In this document: piece after piece, positions 47,901 to 56,144 of the stretch
Numbering within the stretch: the stretch's first letter is position 1
Layout of the letters: each line of letters begins with the position of its first letter
Virus record (IMG/VR): IMGVR_UViG_3300042869_000273
Source: an uncultured virus (IMG/VR IMGVR_UViG_3300042869_000273)
Lineage: Duplodnaviria > Heunggongvirae > Uroviricota > Caudoviricetes
Reading direction: 5' to 3' (one strand)
DNA length: 64,000 nt
Notes under the pieces: model-generated
The model's database searches: none
What the model was told of the DNA's origin: nothing
The model's input: only the letters and a program-made list of their open reading frames with translations
Translations under genes and position numbers: made by a program

Positions 47901-50900
47901 TAGATTCTCGGAGGTTGCTTTAGCATTAACTACAAACTCACCATTAGAGAGTCTAGCCATAATAGAGTCTGATTTACCTGTACCAGGGCCACTAATACGT
48001 CCACCACTAGCTCTTCTTTGTTGTGGATTTAATTCAGTAACTGTTGGTTTTACAGGAGTTGATCCTGCAGGTCTAAATGATTTTTCTGTAAAGAAATTCT
48101 TTAGGTCACTAAACTTACCAACAACATAGTCAGCAGCGTCTCTTAATCCTTTACCTATAGAATCAAATACTGCACCAAAAGCATCACCTATAAAGAATGA
48201 AACTTCTTTAAATTTATCACCAAGGAAGTATGCTAATCTTGTTATTTTTCCTTCAATACCCTTTGCATCTTTATTACCAAATAATGCGTAATAGAGTAAT
48301 GAACTACCTGCAGCAATACCTAAAGCACCTAGTAAAACGGGTAAAGTAAAGAATGCAGTTATAGCAGCTAATATTCCACCCATAGCAGAAAGAACAGCTG
48401 CACCTGCAGGAAACATTGAAGCAGAGAATACAGCAGCTAGTGCTAATCTTTTAAGAGCTAGTATAATTGCAGGGCCAGCCGTAATAGTTGCCCAAGCACT
48501 AAAAGCACCTGCACCTGCACTTATTGCCCACCCTGTCATAAAGATAGCACCCGCAGTAATACCTAAATGATAAAATGTATTTTCTACATCTAATGATTCT
48601 GCAATTGCATCTCCAATATGGGAACCAATAAATAAAGCAGCAAGGCCAGCAGCAACAGCAAATGCACTTTGGAATACTTTACCTAATGTACTACCAGCAG
48701 CTTTTGCTCCTGGTGTAGCAGCACCTGTATTGTCTTTATTAAAGATTTTTGATAAGATAAAATAATTTGCTAACTCTTTTGCTACTATTCCAATTAAGGA
48801 AGTCATCTTACCAGAGGCAATAGCTAATGCAGCTGTACCAAATAGTAGGCCTACAATAAACCCACCTGAGCTAGGAGCAAAGCCTTCAAGACCTAATCCG
48901 TTTAATATTGAGTTACCAAAGTCTGTAATATGCTTTTTAAGAGTATTTAAACCATCTACAAAACTAGCATCTTCTCCAAAAGCAATCTTAAAGATTAATG
49001 TAGCAACAGCAATTTGCCTGAATCCTTTATTAAATGCAACTAAGAGTGCAGCTATAACTATATCCTGCAAATCTTCTTGAAAAGTTGTTTTAATATCATC
49101 TCTTAAAGCTCTAGCAGATATACGCCCAAATGTTTCTCCTAAACTTGTAAATGCTGTTTTAGCTAAATCAGTATTTGCAATACCTTTTTGGAATAGCTCT
49201 ACTGTATTTTCAATAACTAAAGCTAAGTTTTGTTCTAATGTTCTTGTAGATATATTGTTAAACTTTTGTTGAATATCTAGTTTAAAATTTTGGAAAGATA
49301 TATCAAATTGTGATTCGTCCATCTTAGCTAATGCTGCTTGTAACTTAGCAGCTAATAGTGGCATCTCTCCTAATCCTGGTAAGAATACACCAAGTAGCTT
49401 TGTCATCGCATTTGTGAAGTCATTAAATACTTTTCCAGCACCAGACTTAGAAAACTGAGCTAGTTTCTTTATGCTATCCCCAATTAGATCTAATGAGTAG
49501 TTAATACCTGAAGCAGCGGCTTCTAAACCAGAGTTACCTAATCTTTTTATAGCAGCAACAATATCATCAAATAAATTTTCAATATATTTTAATGCTCCAA
49601 CATCTTGAATAATTTTTACTTCAATTTGTATTTTCTCTTTCCACATATCAAATGCATTTTTGATATCAGAAAATACATCTACTACATAACTTGAGAATTT
49701 AGTTATTCCTGGAGTTGCCATTCCGTATAGCTTATTTGCCCAATTAGCAATACCCATAATAGTGTCAGGCCAATAGGAATTACCTACAATTACATTCCAT
49801 ATTTTATAGAATACTGCAATAACAAATTTTCCAAAGTCATCAATTTTCTGTTTAACAGTATTTAGCCTTGGCATATAAGAATCAAGATCTAACTTAAAAT
49901 CAGGAATATTTGGTACAAAATTACTTAAATCTATTTTCTTACTATTTTGTACAAATTGATTAATTGACCTGTTAACTATATTTAGAGAGCCAGTGAGACC
50001 TAAAACAAAAATCTTAAAATCAATTATAGATGTTGTTAAGTCATACTGAATAAATTTAGCAAGCTTTTGGATACCCTTTGTAATTGAGTTAACAACATTA
50101 ATAATAACTGTTTTCAAACCAGTACTGTTAACAATTACATCTTGAAGATTCTTTATTGCATCTCCTAAATTAGAGAACGATCCTGATAGTGTATTAACTT
50201 GTTTCCTAGCAACTCCACCATAACCTTGTGTAGAGAAGGCTAATTTATTAAAAGCCTTAAATACTTCATCAAATGTAAGATTGCCTCTTTCCATTGTAGC
50301 TGACCATTCAGCCCATGATTTACCAGCTTCCTTAGCAATTCTTTGTAGTGGAATACCAATGGTAACAAGAGGTTCAAGTCGCTCATATGTTACACGACCT
50401 TCAGATGCCATTCTTGAAAATGCTTCTGTTACTCTTTGGATTTCGTAATCTCCGCCACCTACAGCAGTAACTGCATTAGCTATACCTTCTAAGCTATCTA
50501 ATACTTGTCTATTACTAGAAAATAATGTGCTACCTGTATTAGCGAGACGTGCATAGGAATCTGCTAATGCATCTACACTGAATTTTGTTTCAGCGGCAAA
50601 TTGCTGAATATCAGAAAATGCCTTTTGTGATTTAACAATAGATCCAGTTGCGATAGCTAACCTAGTTCTAATACCATCAAATTGTTGGGCTGTCTTTAAT
50701 AAAGAAGTACCAAATACTCCTACTGCAGCAACAGCAAATGTTGACTTTAAAGTATTACCTAATTTTGTTGCAGAACTGTTTATGCTATCTATATTTTTAT
50801 TAATTTGTCCTGTTTGGGAAATAGCAGTTGATAAGGATCTCTCATCAAATACTTTATATCTTGGTGATTGTTTTAATTTTGCATTTAAATTTTGTATGCT

Positions 50901-51068
50901 TTTATTTATTCCATTAATCTTTTGTTGATCTGCATCAACGTCTAAGATTTTTGTTTTCTTGCTGCCTTTTGCAGCTTCATCCTGTACTTTCTTTAGTAGA
51001 CCACGTAGTCTATCTATATCTTCGGATGCCTTTCTTGTGTCTGCCGTGACTTTAATTTCTACTGACAT
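44931..51068 (-). CDS. tape measure protein with embedded pesticin-type lysozyme domain
   Basis: 2045 aa, N-terminal tape-measure domain, hydrophobic segments, GYVP...SGVTIATGLDLGQ, repeated GKSDSI.ARLSNGEFVVNA. Confidence 0.9.
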   Translation of the reverse strand: MSVEIKVTADTRKASEDIDRLRGLLKKVQDEAAKGSKKTKILDVDADQQKINGINKSIQNLNAKLKQSPRYKVFDERSLSTAISQTGQINKNIDSINSSATKLGNTLKSTFAVAAVGVFGTSLLKTAQQFDGIRTRLAIATGSIVKSQKAFSDIQQFAAETKFSVDALADSYARLANTGSTLFSSNRQVLDSLEGIANAVTAVGGGDYEIQRVTEAFSRMASEGRVTYERLEPLVTIGIPLQRIAKEAGKSWAEWSATMERGNLTFDEVFKAFNKLAFSTQGYGGVARKQVNTLSGSFSNLGDAIKNLQDVIVNSTGLKTVIINVVNSITKGIQKLAKFIQYDLTTSIIDFKIFVLGLTGSLNIVNRSINQFVQNSKKIDLSNFVPNIPDFKLDLDSYMPRLNTVKQKIDDFGKFVIAVFYKIWNVIVGNSYWPDTIMGIANWANKLYGMATPGITKFSSYVVDVFSDIKNAFDMWKEKIQIEVKIIQDVGALKYIENLFDDIVAAIKRLGNSGLEAAASGINYSLDLIGDSIKKLAQFSKSGAGKVFNDFTNAMTKLLGVFLPGLGEMPLLAAKLQAALAKMDESQFDISFQNFKLDIQQKFNNISTRTLEQNLALVIENTVELFQKGIANTDLAKTAFTSLGETFGRISARALRDDIKTTFQEDLQDIVIAALLVAFNKGFRQIAVATLIFKIAFGEDASFVDGLNTLKKHITDFGNSILNGLGLEGFAPSSGGFIVGLLFGTAALAIASGKMTSLIGIVAKELANYFILSKIFNKDNTGAATPGAKAAGSTLGKVFQSAFAVAAGLAALFIGSHIGDAIAESLDVENTFYHLGITAGAIFMTGWAISAGAGAFSAWATITAGPAIILALKRLALAAVFSASMFPAGAAVLSAMGGILAAITAFFTLPVLLGALGIAAGSSLLYYALFGNKDAKGIEGKITRLAYFLGDKFKEVSFFIGDAFGAVFDSIGKGLRDAADYVVGKFSDLKNFFTEKSFRPAGSTPVKPTVTELNPQQRRASGGRISGPGTGKSDSIMARLSNGEFVVNAKATSENLPLLQKLNSGLPGFNSGGLIDLDFLRREENGPSALPKTYGYVPPKGVSGVTIATGLDLGQQSLTSLSDMGIPNNLVTKLKPYIGKKRKSAVNALLNKPLSISDAEAALIEQRSVDYYINLTKNQFKNISSSVNGQSFESLPKPVRTALVSTLFQTGNITRGNSKLAATAAAKGDYKQAAHYYDVWAKYSEYKGRRSREADLFRNAISNKILDENQQLPSKEKLDTIKKDNENIFDRLFKSFTSVSSKTDNVLLMDKLPQASNSEIDALLSRLQNSDIGGGNNLSIRKDKIQSAISNKIGKPALIDAGDPMALLQEAQSKYKAKTIIGRILGLPKYAEGTEEPINSPPENYGLKIADFKGNNFITNRNFAKELTPGEQQIVKSAELNKQLITYLKNSVKADVSNYFGENQDYISTSQAISKGALEGASFDLAGGKLRAKVSKNGLRLNYTKAFANGGQIIGEGTGKSDSILARLSNGEFVVNAKATKEHLPLLQSMNSGVLPGFAGGTKGPIGEVFSQIDPKKQVQELTVGNVKVKLDLTDFLNTISDIKDSNLSLSKNTDALAKSLKSSLATIETADFVTRLGFKNAPIGTLKESLEKPDAIKELEDFYNNKLKPSGFNRGVKGLSSSEFTTLKELTLALIPETKDLQPKDLDTQLKSKLSSNSDVTKVIANTFRQLRVLQGQQDRGDEQGPIDAQVKEITDRLKGEIVKIAPEVSTNIKGGNFSAKSITEGTEQSRAYIEDFKSGFSEFLKGKKTGKEFGTYLADQFTSRVVDSFAKSLTDEIFSTSNFLELFAAPTEFGTRLGGLIDKPKVEDVQAPPVDESLFSLGGITGLLGGNKAGTSPLKPLYTKEVPGVKDLNSLTGGSSGGIFGNLFSGASQLFSKGLTSFGSLFTSGGNIASVLGMPGFADGGVIPGAMGSATPVLAHAGEIVLNEAQQARVAAAMTNQSQQVVNVNITGDISRQTKSEIYKMLPSIAEGVNSHNREKGLR

Positions 51069-51082
51069 ATTTTGTTCTCCAT

Positions 51083-51133
51083 AATAAAAAAGCCCTAAAA
51101 TGAATCCTCATTATTAGAGGCCATCCTAGGGCT
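51083..51133 (-). terminator. long hairpin plus U-tract upstream of the tape measure gene
   Basis: AGCCCTAGGATG...CATTTTAGGGCT-TTTTT. Confidence 0.65.
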
Positions 51134-51138
51134 ATTAT

Positions 51139-51477
51139 TTATTTTTCGTTGCTAAAGTTTACTGGTGCTGAAACTTCACCAATAGTAAGTAGCACTTGTT
51201 CAATGAAAAATGGTGGCGCTTGTTTTGAATAACCAGTATTCAATATACCAATGTATGGCGCATCATTATCTATTTTACCAACAAGTTCACCATTTATCTT
51301 GATCATGCTATACTTCCATCTACTAGCTGCATAACCTGTATCTACTGGGGTTACTGATCGTAAGGCTTCTGTAGTAAATTCTGTTCTTTCCTTAATAGTT
51401 GCTTCTGCAAGAGAAACAGCCTCTTTCTGGATTCTTTTGATTTCTTTTTCAAAATCTACTTTTATACCTAAACTCAT
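51139..51477 (-). CDS. HK97 gp10-like tail completion protein
   Basis: TPVDTG.A..RW, N.APYI..LN.G.SKQAP..F. Confidence 0.75.
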   Translation of the reverse strand: MSLGIKVDFEKEIKRIQKEAVSLAEATIKERTEFTTEALRSVTPVDTGYAASRWKYSMIKINGELVGKIDNDAPYIGILNTGYSKQAPPFFIEQVLLTIGEVSAPVNFSNEK

Positions 51478-51484
51478 AGTTACC

Positions 51485-51805
51485 TCACTCTATAGTTGGA
51501 TCCCAATCTTCTGCACCTTTAGCTGTTTTGAGTAAACTTAAGAAACCAGGATTAATCCTTGACTTATTAGTTCTCTCTAATGCTTTAAGTGACTCAAAAA
51601 TTTCAGAACCTCTTTTCTTAACTCCCTGTGCATTAAGCAACAGAGAGGTACGATAGTCATCTCTCCAACCTACAGGTCTTGATGCGAAGAACTGATTCCA
51701 CCCGATGAATTCTTCATAAGGCATTTCATCTAGAATTTTGTGAACAGGCATATGCAAATGATATGCTAACTCATAAATTGTCAGTTCTTCAGGGCTTAGT
51801 TTCCC
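51485..51805 (-). CDS. tail assembly chaperone -1 frameshift extension (lambda gpT-like)
   Basis: -1 frame open from GGGAAAC: KLSPEELTIYELAYHLHMPVH...W..FF. Confidence 0.75.
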   Translation of the reverse strand, partial: GKLSPEELTIYELAYHLHMPVHKILDEMPYEEFIGWNQFFASRPVGWRDDYRTSLLLNAQGVKKRGSEIFESLKALERTNKSRINPGFLSLLKTAKGAEDWDPTIE

Positions 51806-52086
51806 TCAGCTGAACCTACCATACCAGAATATTTAACAATTTCTGCAGATAGGGACGTCAACTCTTCTAATGGAAAAGTTGCAATATCCTCGTCAGATAA
51901 TTCGTCTGCGCCAATAACGGCTAAACGTAAAATCACACGAAGAGTGTTAATTTGGTCTTCCTCAGAGGTATTCTTTGTAGCCTCCTGGATTCTTAAAACT
52001 TCATTGACAGTGAGTTTCTTGATCTCAACTTTATCACCCATGAAGTCAACTTTTTTACTAATCTTTTTACCAACTAAATGTTTCAT
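51796..52086 (-). CDS. tail assembly chaperone (lambda gpG-like)
   Basis: Between major tail and tape measure genes; ends in G GGA AAC TAA. Confidence 0.8.
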   Translation of the reverse strand: MKHLVGKKISKKVDFMGDKVEIKKLTVNEVLRIQEATKNTSEEDQINTLRVILRLAVIGADELSDEDIATFPLEELTSLSAEIVKYSGMVGSAEGN

Positions 52087-52101
52087 TATATTTCCTTACT
52101 T

Positions 52102-52347
52102 TTATTTATTATCATTAAATAGATGTTTATTATTTTCTTGAAAGTCATCTAGAACTTTTCTTACTGTATGCAATACAGATAATGTTTCCATAATCTCTCT
52201 TCCTGCTATACTTTCTTTATCGAAATCTTGAAATCTTTCAAATGATTTACGAATACTAATATCAACACTACGTCTCATATGACGGAATGTAGTCTTCATA
52301 ACGAATGACTTACTAAATGGTGGTTTATCTTGATTGTTATCAATCAT
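52102..52347 (-). CDS. hypothetical protein
   Basis: ORF track; AAGGA RBS. Confidence 0.6.
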   Translation of the reverse strand: MIDNNQDKPPFSKSFVMKTTFRHMRRSVDISIRKSFERFQDFDKESIAGREIMETLSVLHTVRKVLDDFQENNKHLFNDNK

Positions 52348-52375
52348 ACTTATCCTTAATATATACTATAAATAC

Positions 52376-52421
52376 TACCAAGGGGAGCCTCAGATCTCTC
52401 TTTAGCGTCCCCTGGTAAATG
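52376..52421 (-). promoter_or_regulatory. repeated element, copy 3, within an imperfect inverted repeat
   Basis: Minus strand CATTTACCAGGGGACGCTAAAGAGAGATC, followed by GCTCCCCTTGGTA. Confidence 0.65.
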
Positions 52422-52446
52422 GACTAGAAACTAGCCCAAATTGTCA

Positions 52447-52998
52447 TTAGGTGAGACCAACAGTTCCAGGACCGAAGAAACCGCCTTGTGAAGACAATGT
52501 TAGTGTAGCTTGGTTAGCGTCTGTTAATTGTGGGCTAACTAATAGTGCTTCGATTTTACCAACGAAGTAGAAGTTAGAATTGTTTACAGAACCTAGACCG
52601 TTAGCACCTGGGGTAGTGTTTAAGGCAACTGGTTTAGCATTTAGCATAGAAAACTGGAAAGCATAAATCTTACCATTACCAACTAATGCACCTAGTGCCG
52701 AGCCTGGTGCCCACTCATTAGGAATGTAATTTAGAGTAAGTTCTAAGTTAGGTGAATCAGACTGGCCTTGAATTTGGCTAGAAGTCTTTTGACCATAAAC
52801 AGGTACGTTAACGATGTTAGCTGGTGTACCGATTTGTGGGAATTCACGGACGTTTTTAATTTCAGTGAATGATGCTGCACTGGTAAATTTACCAGTTAGT
52901 TTTGTTAAATCGTCTACAGTTGAGAGATCAGTGATCTCGGTTGTGTTTACGGCCATAGCTGAGAAAATACCAGCTCCGATTGATGTAATATGTGCCAT
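52447..52998 (-). CDS. major tail (tube) protein
   Basis: EFP.IG....V.VP.YG......GQ.D...LELTLNY; position. Confidence 0.75.
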   Translation of the reverse strand: MAHITSIGAGIFSAMAVNTTEITDLSTVDDLTKLTGKFTSAASFTEIKNVREFPQIGTPANIVNVPVYGQKTSSQIQGQSDSPNLELTLNYIPNEWAPGSALGALVGNGKIYAFQFSMLNAKPVALNTTPGANGLGSVNNSNFYFVGKIEALLVSPQLTDANQATLTLSSQGGFFGPGTVGLT

Positions 52999-53003
52999 GT
53001 GTT

Positions 53004-53411
53004 TTAATCTCCATAAGCTTTAAAATTTATTGAATAATCACCACGATAAAGGGATTTATCTGCGGGATCAAGGCCAAGCTGCATTACTGTGCTTGCGCCA
53101 AATTGGGTTCCATTTGTCAAAGTCTTACCTTGAAATAATGAATCTATAGTATCAGCAATAGTGAACAATTCTGCATCACCATTACCTGCCTTGACAAAGA
53201 TCGATAGTATTAACATACCTGAGAATTTTTTCTTAAACCCATGAGCATCAACTGTACCACTTCCTGGTAGAATACTAATTCTAATAAAAGAAGTAGTAGT
53301 GTCTATTATTCCACTGTAGTTGGCAGGATACGCTTTGTATCCAGTTGTTGTCCATGCGCTTGAAGCGAATAAACCATATATGTCTGACTTTAGTTTACTA
53401 TACATACTCAT
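53004..53411 (-). CDS. tail terminator-like protein
   Basis: G.LILSIF..AG.G....AD.I...F pattern; position. Confidence 0.65.
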   Translation of the reverse strand: MSMYSKLKSDIYGLFASSAWTTTGYKAYPANYSGIIDTTTSFIRISILPGSGTVDAHGFKKKFSGMLILSIFVKAGNGDAELFTIADTIDSLFQGKTLTNGTQFGASTVMQLGLDPADKSLYRGDYSINFKAYGD

Positions 53412-53752
53412 ACTCCTGCTAATGAGAGTACAACAACGAAATCATCTTTTGAAATAACATTACAACCATATTCTACACTACTAACGGTTACCCGAGAATA
53501 GCTATCGAAGTTAATTGTAGGATTACTTTTAATTGTGAGTGAAGTTGTAGTCACAGGAATACCAGACTCAAAAGATTTACTAGTTCCTAGAAAGCCTTGA
53601 GCTGTATATGTCTGATCCGTTTTTACAATCGAACCAGTGGTAAAATTAAATCCACTGACGATCTTATTGTCAAAAGTAGCTGTTACCGAAAGATCCTTTA
53701 ATTTCTCAAAGGCAGTATCCACGGATTGTTGTACTTTTGATTTAAGGGACAT
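53408..53752 (-). CDS. head closure/neck protein
   Basis: Size and synteny. Confidence 0.55.
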   Translation of the reverse strand: MSLKSKVQQSVDTAFEKLKDLSVTATFDNKIVSGFNFTTGSIVKTDQTYTAQGFLGTSKSFESGIPVTTTSLTIKSNPTINFDSYSRVTVSSVEYGCNVISKDDFVVVLSLAGV

Positions 53753-54250
53753 TTAATTTGCCCTCCACCATTGAGTAGAACCTTGGTTTACTAAAAGTGG
53801 TTTTAGGTATTTTCTAACAAGATTAGGAACTACTGGAGTCCTAGTCGTATCATTATTACTATCTTTCAATGTAATAGTACCAATTGAAATTTCTTCAAAG
53901 TTTTGTGTTTTGTTATCTAACAAATTTTCGTTAGATAATAAATGATAAGCCATTTCTAAAACAGCTTGTTTCATTCTTTTTGGAATTTCAGTTACACTAA
54001 AGTTAACCTCTTGTCCTAATCTAGGATCAAAAATATAAGCCCCCTTACGAGGCCATGCAAGACTCTGTGTGGAACTGACAGCAACACCAATAAATTGATT
54101 TTCATCAAGTATAAGAGTTGCGGTCACTAATGCTGACTCCTGATCATCATCCTGAGCATTTATCCAAGCACCCGCATCAATGCGAGTATCGAAATATGCA
54201 TCAGCTTCGACCATAGTTACATATGTGTTTGTACCTAGGACTAGTGCCAT
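53753..54250 (-). CDS. head-tail adaptor
   Basis: NTYVT..EADAYF, AL..AT..LD, QSLAWPR, IP...K.A..E.A. Confidence 0.75.
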   Translation of the reverse strand: MALVLGTNTYVTMVEADAYFDTRIDAGAWINAQDDDQESALVTATLILDENQFIGVAVSSTQSLAWPRKGAYIFDPRLGQEVNFSVTEIPKRMKQAVLEMAYHLLSNENLLDNKTQNFEEISIGTITLKDSNNDTTRTPVVPNLVRKYLKPLLVNQGSTQWWRAN

Positions 54251-54267
54251 CAGTTCCTCCTAATGGA

Positions 54268-55362
54268 TTAAGCGTGGAGAATAGGTAGAATACCTAAGTT
54301 CAATGCATTCATTTTACGTGCCCATGAACCAGCAGTACCATAAGCAGAGTTAGTAGCGAAAGCGTTAGTAGCGCCAGCCCAGTCATAGCCCATTGGATGA
54401 ACTACGAAGCCATAACGATACCAGATAGCAGTAGAACCACCGCCAGTATAGGCAGCTGCACTACGATCAACTTCAACAGGTGTAGGAACAGCAATGTTTG
54501 TAAAGCTGATAGCACCTGGCTTGCAAATGAATGTAGTCTTTGTAGAACGATCATTTACGTTAGCAGAAGCAGACAAGTCACCTTGAGCAACACGGCTGAG
54601 TAATAGACGGAACTTACCACCGAACACTGTTTGGAATGTTAGGTTACCATCAGTAACTGTAGTTACGTCTACTAAGTTAGCAGCACGTAGTTCAGCTAGT
54701 ACTTCAGGTGAAGTAACCATGTACATGAAGTCTGGCTCATAGTCTTTGAATGCCATGCCAAGAGCTTGGAATAGACGTTGACCACGAGCAGCACCGATAG
54801 CTGTAGCATCAAATAGCTTACGCTGATCAGAAGCAGAGGTAGCAGCGGCAGCACCGAATACACCAGCAGCATTGATATCAACGAAGTTACCAGTAGTAGC
54901 ACCATCGCCATCTGTGTCATAACCGACTAAACCAGCACCACGAGAAACTTCGTAAGCGGCTACGCCTTTGAGGGTAGCAACAATAGCGTCAGACTCGTCT
55001 TGGCTACGAACTTCAGAGAAGTCACGAGCAATTTTAGAAAGACCGTCTTGTTGAGAAACGATTTGTTGTAGGTTGATTTGCTCAGAACCAAATGTACGTA
55101 CTGTTTTGATGTAGTCAGCGATTTCTGTAGAAACATCAGTGTAAGTACCAGCATTGGCAGAGGATAAGCTAGCAACGTTAATGTTGGCAGCTAGGGGTTT
55201 GTACCAGCGCATTTGACCAATAAAGCTTTCGCCTGTTGGGTCAATACGGGCATCAGTACCAACGATGCCAGTGCTGTTAAGCTTTTTGGCATTTGAGTAC
55301 ATTTCATCAGCATATGCAGAAATAGCAATAGCTACGTTTTGGAACATTGTATGATTAATCAT
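54268..55362 (-). CDS. major capsid protein
   Basis: 364 aa after the scaffold; VEVDR...GG....WYR..VVHP.G..W; biased, high-expression-type codon use. Confidence 0.8.
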   Translation of the reverse strand: MINHTMFQNVAIAISAYADEMYSNAKKLNSTGIVGTDARIDPTGESFIGQMRWYKPLAANINVASLSSANAGTYTDVSTEIADYIKTVRTFGSEQINLQQIVSQQDGLSKIARDFSEVRSQDESDAIVATLKGVAAYEVSRGAGLVGYDTDGDGATTGNFVDINAAGVFGAAAATSASDQRKLFDATAIGAARGQRLFQALGMAFKDYEPDFMYMVTSPEVLAELRAANLVDVTTVTDGNLTFQTVFGGKFRLLLSRVAQGDLSASANVNDRSTKTTFICKPGAISFTNIAVPTPVEVDRSAAAYTGGGSTAIWYRYGFVVHPMGYDWAGATNAFATNSAYGTAGSWARKMNALNLGILPILHA

Positions 55363-55382
55363 TTAAAAAATCTCCTGTGATT

Positions 55383-56078
55383 TTAAAGGGTGAAGCTACC
55401 TAATTTTCCACCTGCGGCAAGTGCTAACACTTCCTCAGTAGTCATTTCAGATATCTTCTTATTGGGATCGAGTTTGGGAGTACCGTTCATATTGCTACTA
55501 CCACCCCCTGAATTAGATTTAGGTTTAAATAGGAAAGAATTATCTTCATTCTTTACATATTGTCCTACAAAATCCTTGATTGATACACCAGATTTGTGAA
55601 TCCATGCACCAGTCTCTGGATCTTGGATGAGTTGATCGATAATATCCCGATAAGCCATTTGGCCAGATCGGTCATTACGGAAATCAAGACCAGTTAATGC
55701 ATTACGAACTGCACCATCTCGGGTGAGTTCAGTTACTTTACCTTCGGCTAACGCAAGCTTTTCAGTGAGTTCTGCGAGCTTCATCTCAGCAACTTCTTTA
55801 TGCTTACCTTCATCCTCTAAAGCTTTCATCTTACGTTGTTTAGCATCATCTTCAAGACGAACACGCTCTTTAACAGCATTGTCACGTTCTTGGTAAGCTT
55901 TATCTAAACTTAGTTTGATTTTAGAAAGACGCTCTTCAACCATTCGATTGATTAAGTCTTCTGTATCTTTATTGTTAGCACCTCCACCACCAGTATCAAC
56001 CTCATCGATTTTAAACTCTGGGTTAGGTGTGTTGCTATCATCGAGGAACTCTTTGTTTCCGAACTTATCTACTTTCAT
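55383..56078 (-). CDS. capsid scaffolding protein
   Basis: Charged coiled coil, FLFK...SGGG tail, immediately before the major capsid gene. Confidence 0.75.
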   Translation of the reverse strand: MKVDKFGNKEFLDDSNTPNPEFKIDEVDTGGGGANNKDTEDLINRMVEERLSKIKLSLDKAYQERDNAVKERVRLEDDAKQRKMKALEDEGKHKEVAEMKLAELTEKLALAEGKVTELTRDGAVRNALTGLDFRNDRSGQMAYRDIIDQLIQDPETGAWIHKSGVSIKDFVGQYVKNEDNSFLFKPKSNSGGGSSNMNGTPKLDPNKKISEMTTEEVLALAAGGKLGSFTL

Positions 56079-56144
56079 CTTTATTTTCCTTTGGCACAGC
56101 CATTTAATTTTAATTTTTTAGGGTTTAGTTACAAACATAAACTC

